From the NCBI GenBank assembly GCA_905178155.1, contig CAJINV010000001.1:7905599-7969598 (forward strand): a stretch of DNA of 64,000 bases, written 5' to 3'. Below are positions 1 through 15,600 of this stretch, one piece after another (the stretch's first letter is position 1; each line of letters opens with the position of its first letter). The notes under the pieces were generated by a model. The model was not told the origin of the DNA. It saw only the letters and a program-made list of their open reading frames with translations, and made no database searches. Source of the DNA: Amoebophrya sp. A120 (taxonomy: Eukaryota > Protista > Dinoflagellata). The position numbers and the translations under genes were made by a program.

Positions 1-1
1 C

Positions 2-739
2 GGGTACACCAGCAATAACCTACGCGAGGTGGGCGGCACTTCGTTGCGGCTGGGCCTGGACGTGCCACCTTCGGCGGGCGCGGGGGTAAAAGAAAGACAG
101 AATCATGACAGAAGGTTCCGACCGGGTATCTATATCGTGGTACTTCAGGCACAGCAGAATAAAATCTCCACCACGTCAACGTCAGCAGAAACACCGACCG
201 GAGGGGTGGTGGGGCTGGGCGCAATACCACCGCCGGAGGATGTGGGAGAGAACCGCATTGAAGTCATACCCTTTCAAAGGCACAGCACGACGACGGCGAA
301 AACAACGGGATTAGAGGACGAACGGTGCAGGTTCTGGACGGAGGAGGAGATTGGACATTGGCTCCCGGATCACGCGAAAACGCCCGGGGCTGTATTTGGT
401 TCTCCGGCAGAAAAAGATGGACAAAAGGCGGGCGTCAGCGTTTATTTTCTGCGGCGGATAGCAGATTTCTCGCACCTAGGCGTTGGGCCGTGGCTGCGGG
501 ACCAAATCCTGCGACACCAAGATAATGTCAATGAGGCTTTTCTGAAGCAGGCACCCGGGGGTTCTGCAGCCTCCGTGGGAGTAGACCTCACACCGGGCGA
601 TGAACTACCTTTCTTTCTGGAAAAGATCGCGAGGAGTCGGCACAGCTGCTTGGCAACTGATGTGGTGGACCCGACGCGCGAGATGGAACCAAATCAGAAA
701 GAGATGGCTGCCTACTGGACAAGACACGGAGGGGTGTGA
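2..739 (+). CDS. 3' part of an uncharacterised protein (5' end outside window)
   Basis: Frame is open from position 2 to TGA at 737-739, with coding-like composition and no recognisable motif. Confidence 0.55.
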   Translation, partial: GYTSNNLREVGGTSLRLGLDVPPSAGAGVKERQNHDRRFRPGIYIVVLQAQQNKISTTSTSAETPTGGVVGLGAIPPPEDVGENRIEVIPFQRHSTTTAKTTGLEDERCRFWTEEEIGHWLPDHAKTPGAVFGSPAEKDGQKAGVSVYFLRRIADFSHLGVGPWLRDQILRHQDNVNEAFLKQAPGGSAASVGVDLTPGDELPFFLEKIARSRHSCLATDVVDPTREMEPNQKEMAAYWTRHGGV

Positions 740-979
740 GCCTTATTCGAGTGCTATGGCCTTGTTCCCCGGACCCTCTTCAACGCGGTCCTTATCCTAT
801 TAAAACCGTGTTCGCATTTGCCACTTTCGTTGCAGGTGTTTCTGCGACACAGATCAGCTTTCAGACGATGTTTTTTCTTGACTCTGATCCAGAATTGTGA
901 GCGAGTGGAAGCTTACGCTTCGTCGGATCAAAAATATCCACCTTGCGACAAGCTTTTCGTCCAGGCATTTTAAATCGAC

Positions 980-2176
980 ATGAACGTGCAATTATGGCCA
1001 CCGCAAGTTCTACGGCGCTCCTGCCGCCGCACCCCGCGGATCGCAGGGTCCTGCCAAAGCCGAAACATCCGGATCCTGCCGGCGAAACTTTCCTACGACA
1101 GCATGCAGGAGGCGGGACTGCTTACCGTGCCCAAAAGTGGACGACAACTGCAGAAGAGTAGGGACCAAAGCGCGGCGAAGATACCCCACACGGCGGCTGC
1201 CCGTGAGAAGGCGCGAAAAAGACTGCACTGGCAGATTTGGCACTGCATGGCGAGCACGAAAAACTGGAACCGGTGGCAGCAATTGTTCGGCGAATTTAAG
1301 GAGCGGAGGCTCGCGTATTGCGAAGTGACCTACACGCTGCTGCTGTGGGGGTACGTGCTGTCCCACCGCCACCGGTCGGAATCGGCTTTCCTGGTACTCG
1401 AGGCCATGAAGAACAGTGGGTTTGTGCACGGCGCCCTGATCCGGGCGAACGAGGGCATGCTGAACTCCTTTTTCGAGCTCCAGGAACTCCACCACCGCCC
1501 CGTCTGCGCGAATTCGTGGCAAAATATTTTCCGCCTGTTGCTGCACTGCGCCCAGCGATACCAGAAGCGAAGATGGAAGACAGCGAAGCAAGATTTGCTC
1601 GCACTGCCGCCGAACACCATGCTGGCCTTGGACCCCGCGGACGTGAAAAATGTCTTGTTGCAGGAGGTACAGGACAGTCAGTCGCCGCTGCTGGGTACAA
1701 GTAGTTGCGGCGAAGATGGAAGTGCGCTGTTACCTGCCCCCGCGGTGGGGAGCGGCAGCAGGGCGGATGAATTGCAAGAAACTACAACTCAACCGAACGG
1801 TAGTTTGTCGTACTCCTGCCCAACTACGCGGCACTACGAACAGCATATAACGATCCCGAGCTACGGTGATGTGACCGCCGTGGCCGACCGAGAATTGAAA
1901 AATTACTGCGGAGCGTACGAACGCAGTGACTACTTGCGTGCGCTTGAAGTTGAAGAAGCCATGGATACCGAACTGACGGAGCTGCTGACAGAAGATCACA
2001 CTGTAGTTAACGATGAAAAGTGGAATGGTGAAGCAGGAGCGCCGGATAGTACAATGATACAGATGGATATGCCGCAACAAAAAAGCAATAGTGGTCTGCT
2101 ATTTTCTTCGTCGGTCAATCCAAAGTCTCAAAAGTGGTCCTCTCGTCGTGGCGGTGGTGTTCGGTGCGGTGGTTAA
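980..2176 (+). CDS. PPR-motif protein, probably mitochondrial RNA-binding
   Basis: 398-aa intronless ORF. EFKERRLAYCEVTYTLLLWGY...SESAFLVLEAMKNSG fits the PPR consensus (xTYxxLLxGY...A..l..eM...G). Arg-rich N-terminus resembles a transit peptide. Confidence 0.55.
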   Translation: MNVQLWPPQVLRRSCRRTPRIAGSCQSRNIRILPAKLSYDSMQEAGLLTVPKSGRQLQKSRDQSAAKIPHTAAAREKARKRLHWQIWHCMASTKNWNRWQQLFGEFKERRLAYCEVTYTLLLWGYVLSHRHRSESAFLVLEAMKNSGFVHGALIRANEGMLNSFFELQELHHRPVCANSWQNIFRLLLHCAQRYQKRRWKTAKQDLLALPPNTMLALDPADVKNVLLQEVQDSQSPLLGTSSCGEDGSALLPAPAVGSGSRADELQETTTQPNGSLSYSCPTTRHYEQHITIPSYGDVTAVADRELKNYCGAYERSDYLRALEVEEAMDTELTELLTEDHTVVNDEKWNGEAGAPDSTMIQMDMPQQKSNSGLLFSSSVNPKSQKWSSRRGGGVRCGG

Positions 2177-2439
2177 GAAAATTATTTGTGAGCGGAAAGT
2201 AGTGGTCACCACAGATCGTTTTGCACTAGCTAAACGAGTGAGATAAAAAGCTCATCGCGAAGATTCTTCAGCGCTTGGAGTGAGTGTAGAAGTTTTTTGA
2301 AAGTGCATACAATGTTCATCTTGATGGACAGGTCGTAAAGACGAACAGAAATTATATGGCCACGGTCGCCACTCACGGCGTGCGCTAAGGAGGCGCTCTC
2401 CTTCGGCAAACAAGACGGCGTTGCAAAGCTTCGTCGAAA

Positions 2440-5400
2440 ATGCCCGTCAATAACAGTCAAGAGGAGCAGCTTCGGCGGCTGCACGCTGAGATCGAGCAGA
2501 CGACCCGGAAACTAGAGCTGGCGAAGCGGCGAAGCTTAAAACTGAAAGAGGATTTATCCAAAGCCAAGCGCGAGTATGAGGCGAGCTACCTCAGCCGCCG
2601 TCCGCCGGACCAAAAAGCGTTGTATGCGGCAAAGCAACTGCAGGAGAACAAACAGGCAAAAGCGCTGCTCAGGTTTTTTTTTTCTGTGCCCGCGAAGAAG
2701 ATGTTGATAGATAGATAGATGATCTTTATTGAAGATGTCGCTGAGTACCATGATCGTGCGAGCCATCTGCATAATTTCTTCGTGTTGAGTATGTCCAACA
2801 ACAGCCCACAACAGACTCGACGCGTTGAACCACGAGAACAATTCGCTTCGCCTGACAATCGAGGGCGTTCGCCGCGATCGGCTGCAGTGCAACGCGGTGA
2901 TGAAGAAGGTGAAAGACGCGCTGCGCGAAAAGGAGCGGAATATTCAAGCGATCGACCAAGCGGCGCGCGATGCGCGAGGCATGCTGCAAGAGATCGTGCA
3001 GAGCCAGTCGAAAGCCAAAACCGACCGGGAAAAACAGCAGCGCGACTGGAAACTGAAGTTGAGAAAAGTGCAGGAGGATCTTCGTCTGGAGCGCGCGCGG
3101 GATCTGGGCTCCTTGGCGCGGGGCGGCAGTGGCGCTGGCGGAGGTGAGGAGAACCAGAACAGAGGCGGAGGAACAAATAATCCAGCGCCCCCACCTTCAA
3201 GGAGCGCAAACCCCCGTCCTCCGGTGCTCCCGTCAAGTCGCGGGGCCGCGGGAGATCAACATGGCACTTCCAACCATCACTCTTTGCATCCGCAGCAAGC
3301 GCGGGAGCTGAATGAAAATCGGTTACCGGCGCTAGAAAGCAATAACGAGCAAAGCTCGGGCAGTTCGTCGCGGCCGAACGCGGCGACAAGTTCAAAACCG
3401 AAGACTAAACAGCTGACCATCAGCACGGCGCCTCCCGAGGAAATGCGCGTGGCCGCATCTGGGTCCACAAGCAGCCCCTCGTCACCGAGGAAGCACCCGC
3501 TCGGGGGGTACGTCAATTGCACGCCAAAAAATCTACCGAAAACCCCCGCCTCCGTGGCAAACAAGGACGGAGCAGGTGCATCAACGTCGCCAACAAGCGC
3601 CGGAGGTGGACAGCTGCACACTGCGCAGAAGAATCGCGGGGAGCTGCTCTCGCGTGCCACGAAGCCGACGACCCCGCGGCCGCCCTCAAGTGACAAGGTG
3701 AAGACTAACGTGGAACACGCGAAAAACGCGATGCGAAGACAGATGGCGGGCGGGGCAAAGACCCCTTCTAAAACGAAAGAGGGCGAAGAGGGGAACAAGG
3801 GTTCAGATATTAACCACGCAAGCGGCGGACAAAGTCCTAGTGAAAAAGCGAAAAATGGCAAAGCCACACCGAAACCAAAAAGGGCATCTTCTGCGGGCGG
3901 TCGAGGGGGAAGACGACTCGTAACACCCGCAACAAACAAGGAGCCCGAGCCAAATCTTGAAGCAAACCAGTTTTCAGAGCATCGTTTCATGCGATTTATC
4001 TTCAAAGCGGCTTTCTGCAACGCGATTCAGCGGAGGCACATCAAGCAGCACCAAAAAAGCATTCAGGTAGGGAGTTGATATAGAGGTAGTTCTTTCAATA
4101 TGCTTTTAATGCCAGGTCTGTAGACCACGGAGAACCAGTTTTGCTTTTTCTTCGTGTTCAAAGAAGCATTGAAGCAACGAAAGAACCACGCGTGAACATG
4201 AAAAATGCAATGCAGATCTACGAGCAGGCGTTTTCCACGATTCGCAGCAGCACCGGCATCAGTGACATCGAGGAGATTGTGAAGATCTTCACGAAATTGG
4301 AAGAGCGGAATTACAGTCTGCTGGTCTACGTGAATCTCCTGTCCCGTGACATTGAGTCCCTGTCACGGAAACGAGCCGAGTTGCTGCAAACCCGGCGGAC
4401 CGAAATCGAGAAACGCCGCGAAGACGGCAAACTCCGGCGGCAGATGGTGCAGCAGGTGCAGCAGAAAATCGACCGGTTCCGCCGAATGACGGAAGAGAAC
4501 AACGCGCAAATGAAGGCGGCTCACATCCCCACCGAGGTCGAGACGCTGATCAAAAACGTAGCGGCAATCTTGCGGGACGAGCACCGGAACCTCCTGCTCC
4601 ACAACCGCAGCCTCGCCGGAAACCCCCTCAGCCCGGGGGTCGGCGATCACTTGCACAGTTTGAGTCTGGGTGCGGGTGGTCCTCTGTCGAGCGGATTTGC
4701 GAGTAGTGGTCCCAGCAGTGCTGGGATGAACAACGTCACCGGGGCCCTCGGAGGTTTCGGCACCCAACTGATCGGCGTGCCCGCGGCGTATCAGACAAAT
4801 GACCAGGGATCCACAGCGGGGGTGATGCTGAACCAGAGTTACTTGGAGCAGGTCGCGCTGGATGAAGAAGACGTTTCCCTGGTCGACCACCTTACGTGGA
4901 TCGAACGGTGCCTCACGCAGTGGCGCGAATTCCTCCCCGCAACCGTGTCGGAGTCGATTTCTTACCGAAACATGATGCCGAAGCCGTTCCCCTACACGGT
5001 TGCGCACGAGGTGAAAGCGGCCCTCAGTCCGAAGAAACAGCTCCCGACGTTGTTGAAGGCGGCAGACTTGCCGCATTCGGGCGCCGCAGTGCTGGCGCCA
5101 CCGGGCGGAGTTGTTACGTCGGCGGCTGGAGGTATTTTTGTACCGTGGAAATCATCTATGTATGATGCGGTCTGGACGAGGTTTTTTATCCGAAAACATA
5201 ATTAGATAAAGCATGGAACAACAATAAGCTCTTCCCGACCCGTTGTGCTGCGCGATTGCGAGTACGTTTCTGTTAATGTTTCAATTTTTGTTCTTCGTGC
5301 TATCTTCAATTCACAAGTGTTGAAAAAAAAATCGTCAGATCGCGACAAGGCACGCGGCAAAGAGGACGATGATTCGGACGAGGATGACGATCACGCACTG

Positions 5401-6303
5401 ACCCGGGAGGAGCTCCAGAGCAAGGTGAATTCGCTGCTGGCAAAGCGAAAGAAGAAATTCGCGAACGTACGACTGACCACGCAAAGACGAGGTGAGTTCA
5501 TTTTCAGCTTTTGGAATGTGCGCAGAGGCAGACGGAATCTAGAATTAAAATTCTATGTATAGTTTTTATTGACCTCATGTGAGGTGCTGTTGCGTGCAGA
5601 GCCCCATTTTCATGTTGCCACTCGCTTTTTGCTCTTTTCCAACCCAGGTTCGCAAGGCGAGGATGTCCTCGCCAAGATTACTGCGGGCGCTGGCGAACTC
5701 AAGCCAGATTCCGATGACAGTTCGTCGCTCTCCGACAGCGAGAGCAGTAGCAGCGGCTTCTCGAGCTCCAATGATTCAGCGAACCCCACGGACGAGCAAA
5801 TCAACGAAATCTTTTTGAAACGGTAAATGAGGCAGGATCTGCTTCTTGGAATGAATATCTAGTCCAGACTCATTCTGCTCCACGACCTTTCGTCATATCA
5901 ATCTCAAACAAGCTAGCATAATGGACGATAAAAGGGTACTAAAATTAGAACTCTGACTCACGCACGTGCTATTTCTGGTTTTCCTTACACGACTTTTGCT
6001 TCTAAGAAGCGAAAAAATCTGCTATCAATCAGGTACAAGATGTCCAAAGCGGAGCTGGTCGCGATGGCGGAGAAGATGGGAATTGCGCTGAGCAACTTGT
6101 GCTACCTGAAGCAGGAATTTGACATGTACGACGAGGACAGCAGCGGGTTCATCGATTTGGACGAACTCCGGGAGTTGCTGCAAAAGCTCGGGGAAGACCT
6201 CAGCGAGGAGGAGCTACACCAAGCGTTCAAGGAGCTGGATCAAGACTGCAGCGGGGAGATCGAATTCTTCGAGTTCGTGGAATGGTTCACGACGGAGGAG
6301 TAG
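2440..6303 (+). CDS. Outer dynein arm docking-complex coiled-coil protein (ODAD1/CCDC114/DC2-like) with C-terminal EF-hand pair; 6 exons
   Basis: Frame-consistent GT-AG introns at 2673-2814, 4067-4215, 5132-5317, 5492-5647 and 5823-6032. IYEQAFSTIRSSTGISDIEEIVKIFTKLEERNYSLLVYVN matches the ODA-DC family. EF-hand loops DEDSSGFIDLDE and DQDCSGEIEFFE. Confidence 0.75.
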
Positions 6304-7113
6304 AAATGTATGGCGGGCTGGGCATGATACGCGTAATTTGTATACCAGATAATTAGTGAAAAAAAGTTGAAGTTTTTGCAGCAAATTTGCACAGAAAAAA
6401 ATCCAATGATAACGCAAAGTGAAGAGAGTTTAGAATAGAGGACCGATCGACGACGGTGACAAGAGTGCTTTCCATTTCAGTCAAAGATGCGAAGATAGTA
6501 GAGGTACTACAACGTTTTAGGTTTCTGTAATCGCGAGCTGCTAGTGGCCGCCGTGACAGTTGTTTTCCAGAAATGTTGAAATAAATGCGAAATATCTAGA
6601 AGAAGACAAAAATCGTCTGTCGTGAAAAACGACTCTCTTGAGCTTCTCCCTCCCCGGTTTCATTGTAATGAACGTTTCATCCCCTTGTGGTCATCTCTGC
6701 CGTGAGAACTGTACGATGTTGCTAGAAACAAGAACGGGATTTGGTGTGTCTGCAGATACGATCGCTGCAAAAGTGCTGCTGTGGCATTGTGAGCAGCGTT
6801 TTGTTGTTCGCTGGGTGTAGTCTCGATGTGCGAAGAAAGACAAAGCTGATGTCAAAAAACATGAAGGAGAGCGGCAACCGATTCTGTTCTAGAGGAGTTG
6901 ATTTCCTTTCTTTCCCAAACCGGCGACTAGGTGGATTGACATCCGAAATTATAACGCAAAAGGGTAGTGCGGTCCTAGTAAAACAGCAAAATATAAATAT
7001 TATTAGACACTCGAAGTTGACGGTCGCGAAGACAAAGATGATAAGTACTTCAGTAGCGTAGTTGCAGAGCCACCCTATCAGTTTTCATAGGCTGAGTAGG
7101 CGACCCATCCAAG

Positions 7114-11447
<4,334 letters not shown>

Positions 11448-12654
11448 TTGCTTTGCTCGCTCGAAAAAAAATGATGTCTTCAGTCTTTTTACAACAGAAC
11501 TACTTATCCATTGGAAAGGATTTACTTTTTAGCAATTGCAACGCCCATGATGACGTGACGTTACTCGTGGCCTGTAGTGTTGCAGTCGAGTTTTAATATT
11601 GTCGCGTTTCATAATGCAAAGGACAAGCAGCTAAGCAACGGATCTAGTGATTTTTACACAGCGGTCGGCAATGCATTCTGTTGACCGAAGCGAGTCGAGA
11701 TCAGATTCCGAGTTTATTTTTGTCAGATCCTCCGCGCGCGCAACTGATGCGCCATGCATTATGATAGTATTTTGTCAGATGTCGAATGATGTTTTTGTTA
11801 AAGCTGCGACTTTCCGTGACTATACTTCCTAACGGTCACAGTTTTTTGCGACTCCGCGCGACGTGTTGAATTCTTGAATTTAGAAACTCAGCAGCAGCAC
11901 CAGGCACGCGAAGGTGAAAACAAGCGACATAAAGGTAGCATCACGACATTGAGACGCAGTGTTTCCTGTTCTTGTTGAAGTGGTCTTATTTAGTAGACAA
12001 GTAGGGTTCATCAGATTTCAGTACTCTCTGTTTGTGACACAGCCTCAGTCCACGTGATAGCATGTCGATAACGTTTTTATCGCAGCAAGATTACGCTAAG
12101 CAGAAAAGGAATTCCGCGCGCAGAATTCGCTTGCCGAATTTTTCATTTGGACAATTATGCTAGGACGTCGTCGTTTTTCTTTTTCCCGCTCTACTGCCTG
12201 TCAATCTCATTTGTAGCTAGAAATTTCACAAGTAGAGTACCGTTGTGTCTGCAGTGACTTTTTTTGATAAAAATTAGAGCAAGCTTTTCTTGTTTCGCAC
12301 ATTCAATAATATTGTGACACTTCTGAGGACTTCTATGAAGAGAGCAATTTTTCTACTCATCGAGGTTGCCTAAACCTCTTATTCTTGCACTATTATGGAC
12401 TTGTACTATTCAAATGGTTTTGCCTTTCTCTATCAAATTTCCCCTGCCTGTATTATTCGCGTGCCGGTTTATCAATACCGTCAAACAACACAACTACATT
12501 CGTTGATGAAATACACTGAATACAAGAAGAAATAGAATGACTTTTGTGCTACAAGTGTGGAACAAAATCTTTGAAGAAGCGTCTTCTGAAAAATCTACAT
12601 CAACCGCGAAATAAAAGTTTCAAAAGATCTGAACACCCAGCGAAACATAGAAAA

Positions 12655-15600
12655 ATGTCTACGTCAAACCACAATCGGCCCTACGGAGGAGGAAGCTCCC
12701 CTCCCATTCGCCGGCAGCAGAACAACCACCGAAGCAAAAACAATGGCGTGATCAACGTAAAGTTTCAGAGGTCGGGAAAAACCACGGTTTGGGGAGCAGG
12801 TGGTCAACAGCAACACTACGCAGACGGGGCAGGAGGAGAGCATGGTGGCAACGATATCAACAATATGGAGCAGCAGCTGAGTCCATCCGGAAAAAATTCT
12901 AGTAGCAATAACGGAAGCACAAACAGTGTCAACAACATTGCGAACAGCAACCAAGGTGGAAGTACTTCCAATTCATCCGCTGCTGGTAATAATATCACAG
13001 TCTACAGGGGTCAGCAGGGAAAGGGACAGCAGGGCGGTAGCGGTATGGTTCACTATGGCAATGGAATCAATGTTTCATCTATCAAATGTAAAAATGTCTG
13101 GGTCTGGAAGATTCTGAGACTTGTCATGCATGTTTTGCATTGGCCATGATGTCTGTGATGCATGCCCTAGCATCACAGATTTTTTGAGGGCTTCGCGATG
13201 CCTATTCCGCATGACAAATTCCCTCTCCGCGTAGCAAAAATTGCATTCCCTTTGCTGCTCATGCAATACAGATTTTTTTGGAATCCAAATTCAGCATCAC
13301 AAGTCGCAATCTTCCAGACCCAGACATTTTTACTTTTGATATCATCCACGACCTCGGGCGGCTACAACAACTCGCATGGACAGCAGCACGGCCCCTATCA
13401 AATGTAAAAATGTCTGGGTCTGGAAACTTGTAATGCTGGGTGGCGTCTCATGATGAGGCTACAAATGCTGGCTCAGCATGACAAGTTTCTGAGCTCCTAG
13501 GTGTTGCCTCTTCTGCATGACAAACTGCGCTCCTGCATCACAGAAACGCGTAGCTCTTGGGTAACGTGCATGACAGATTTAAGAGTCATGCCAGACAAGC
13601 ATGACAAACATGAAGTCTTCCAGACCCAGACATTTTTACACTTGATAGCCCCCGCGGAGGTACAACGAATCTCGCTGCGCAGGGCCAGCAACAGGTGTCT
13701 TACAAAAGTAACAACTCCAACGCAGGTGGGCAGCAGCAGCACCAGCAGTACGGTGCCAGCACCAACACCTCTCGCGGAGGCGGAGTTCAGCACCAGAACA
13801 TGACCCCGAGTGTGGGAAACGTGCCGCACATCCATCAACGGTCGAAAAACGGAACCAACATGCACGGCCAGCAACAGCACCAGCACGGCTCGTCGTATCA
13901 TGCGACCGGTGGAAATAACGTCGCGACCGGCAATTATCGTGGTAACAACGACCACGAGAATTATCGTATGTCCAACGCGAGTAGCCGAGGAGGCGGCGGG
14001 AACAATCATGTACGCAACGCTGGTCCGCGGAACAACGGTGGAAATAGCAACAATCCGATGAACATGAACCACGCAGCCAATGGTGGGCAACACCAGAACG
14101 CCAGCGGCATATCAAACCAAAACGCCTTCGGAGGACAGCAACAGCATCAGAACCAGCAGCACCAGCCGTTCGTGAACCCCCTGGAGCAGATGTTCAATGC
14201 GAGCAATCTTTTTTCCCATGAACATATGATGAACCAGGTCAATATTCAGACCGGCGGGCCAAACAGTCAGACAGCTCCCGGCCAGCACCACCAACCCGGC
14301 ACCCTGACCGCCAACAACGGGCTCGTCAGCTTCACGCCGGGGGCCCCGGTGGCGGCCGCCGGGGGTGGAGTGGGGAACTCGGCATCGAAATCCGGAATGA
14401 GTGGCGGGGGAACTACAAACCACAACAGCACGTCCGGCGTGACCAACGGAAATAACACTGGTGCAGCGAATGCGAACAGCAACAATCCGAAGACGATGCA
14501 GCAGATGTTGAGCCAGATGCAAAACCAGATGCAAAAGACGGGGTTTCAGTTTCCTTGCAACCTAATGACCCTGATGAACATGAACATTCAGCAGCCCAAC
14601 TCGGGTCAGCAGCAGCCGCAGCAAGTGGGGCCCCAGATAGTAAGCAACAATGCCGCCAACAACAACGCCCACCAGATGACGGCGAATGCCATGCAGAGTC
14701 AGCAGTGGCACTTGCTGTTGAAGGGGATCGAAACGCACTTAGTGGAGCTGTCCTCGAAGTGCAGCATTTGCCCGGACCGCAAACGTATGATGGATCATTT
14801 GTTCCGGCATGCCGTGCGGGCCGAAGTTCAAAACCAACTGCGCTCGCAGCGAACCCAGGAGCCCGCGTTCGTCAGGTGACAAAAGTTGTTTTTGTTTTTT
14901 GATTCTATGTTTTTATTTTCGGGCATTAATTATTGTTTTATTCCCGGAACAGCATGTGCATGCGGGAGGTTCGAGAACCTCTACTTGCGTTCTTCAGTAG
15001 GGTCATCGCATGAGATGAACAACAAGTCGAATCATTGCAGGTTGTTTGGTAGTTGCGTGAATGGGTCCGCTACCAACGACAGCGACTACGATTGTGGGAT
15101 TCGTCTCCCGATCGAGTTGCGGGAGGAGCTCGAGGACGCGGTGGAGCACAGCACTTTCCCCATGCGGGCGAAAACCCACAATTTTCCGTTGATCCTCGCG
15201 TTGCGCCGCTTGATTTCCGGCATGAAGCACCGGGGGTTCAGCTGCCAGTGCATCGAGGAGGCCCGGGTGCCAATCCTGCGCTGCAAGCTTGTGGATAGCA
15301 CGGAGGACAAGGAAGGCGAGGACCCCAAGGACAAGGCGTTGCCGATCTGGACCACACTCCAGCCACCCCCGTTTTCCCCGCCGCCCCCCGCAAAGGTTGA
15401 GGAGGTGGAGGTGGAGGTGGAAGACGATGATAGAGTGGACGTCGACAGCTGCACCAGCAGCGCGTCCAAAGAACAAGGAGGGGCTACGGCATGCAGCGAA
15501 CCTGCGGGAGGTGATGTAATGGAAGTTGAACATCAAAATAGCACGACCGTCACGGTCGCGGACGGGGCTTCTACGGTAGCTGCCCAAATTGGTGTCGCCC

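Noticed and set aside
13080-13647. Repeat-spacer-repeat look (CRISPR-like)
   Set aside because: The repeats are inverted pairs 250-260 bp apart flanked by TSDs, the spacers are exons, and no cas genes are present.
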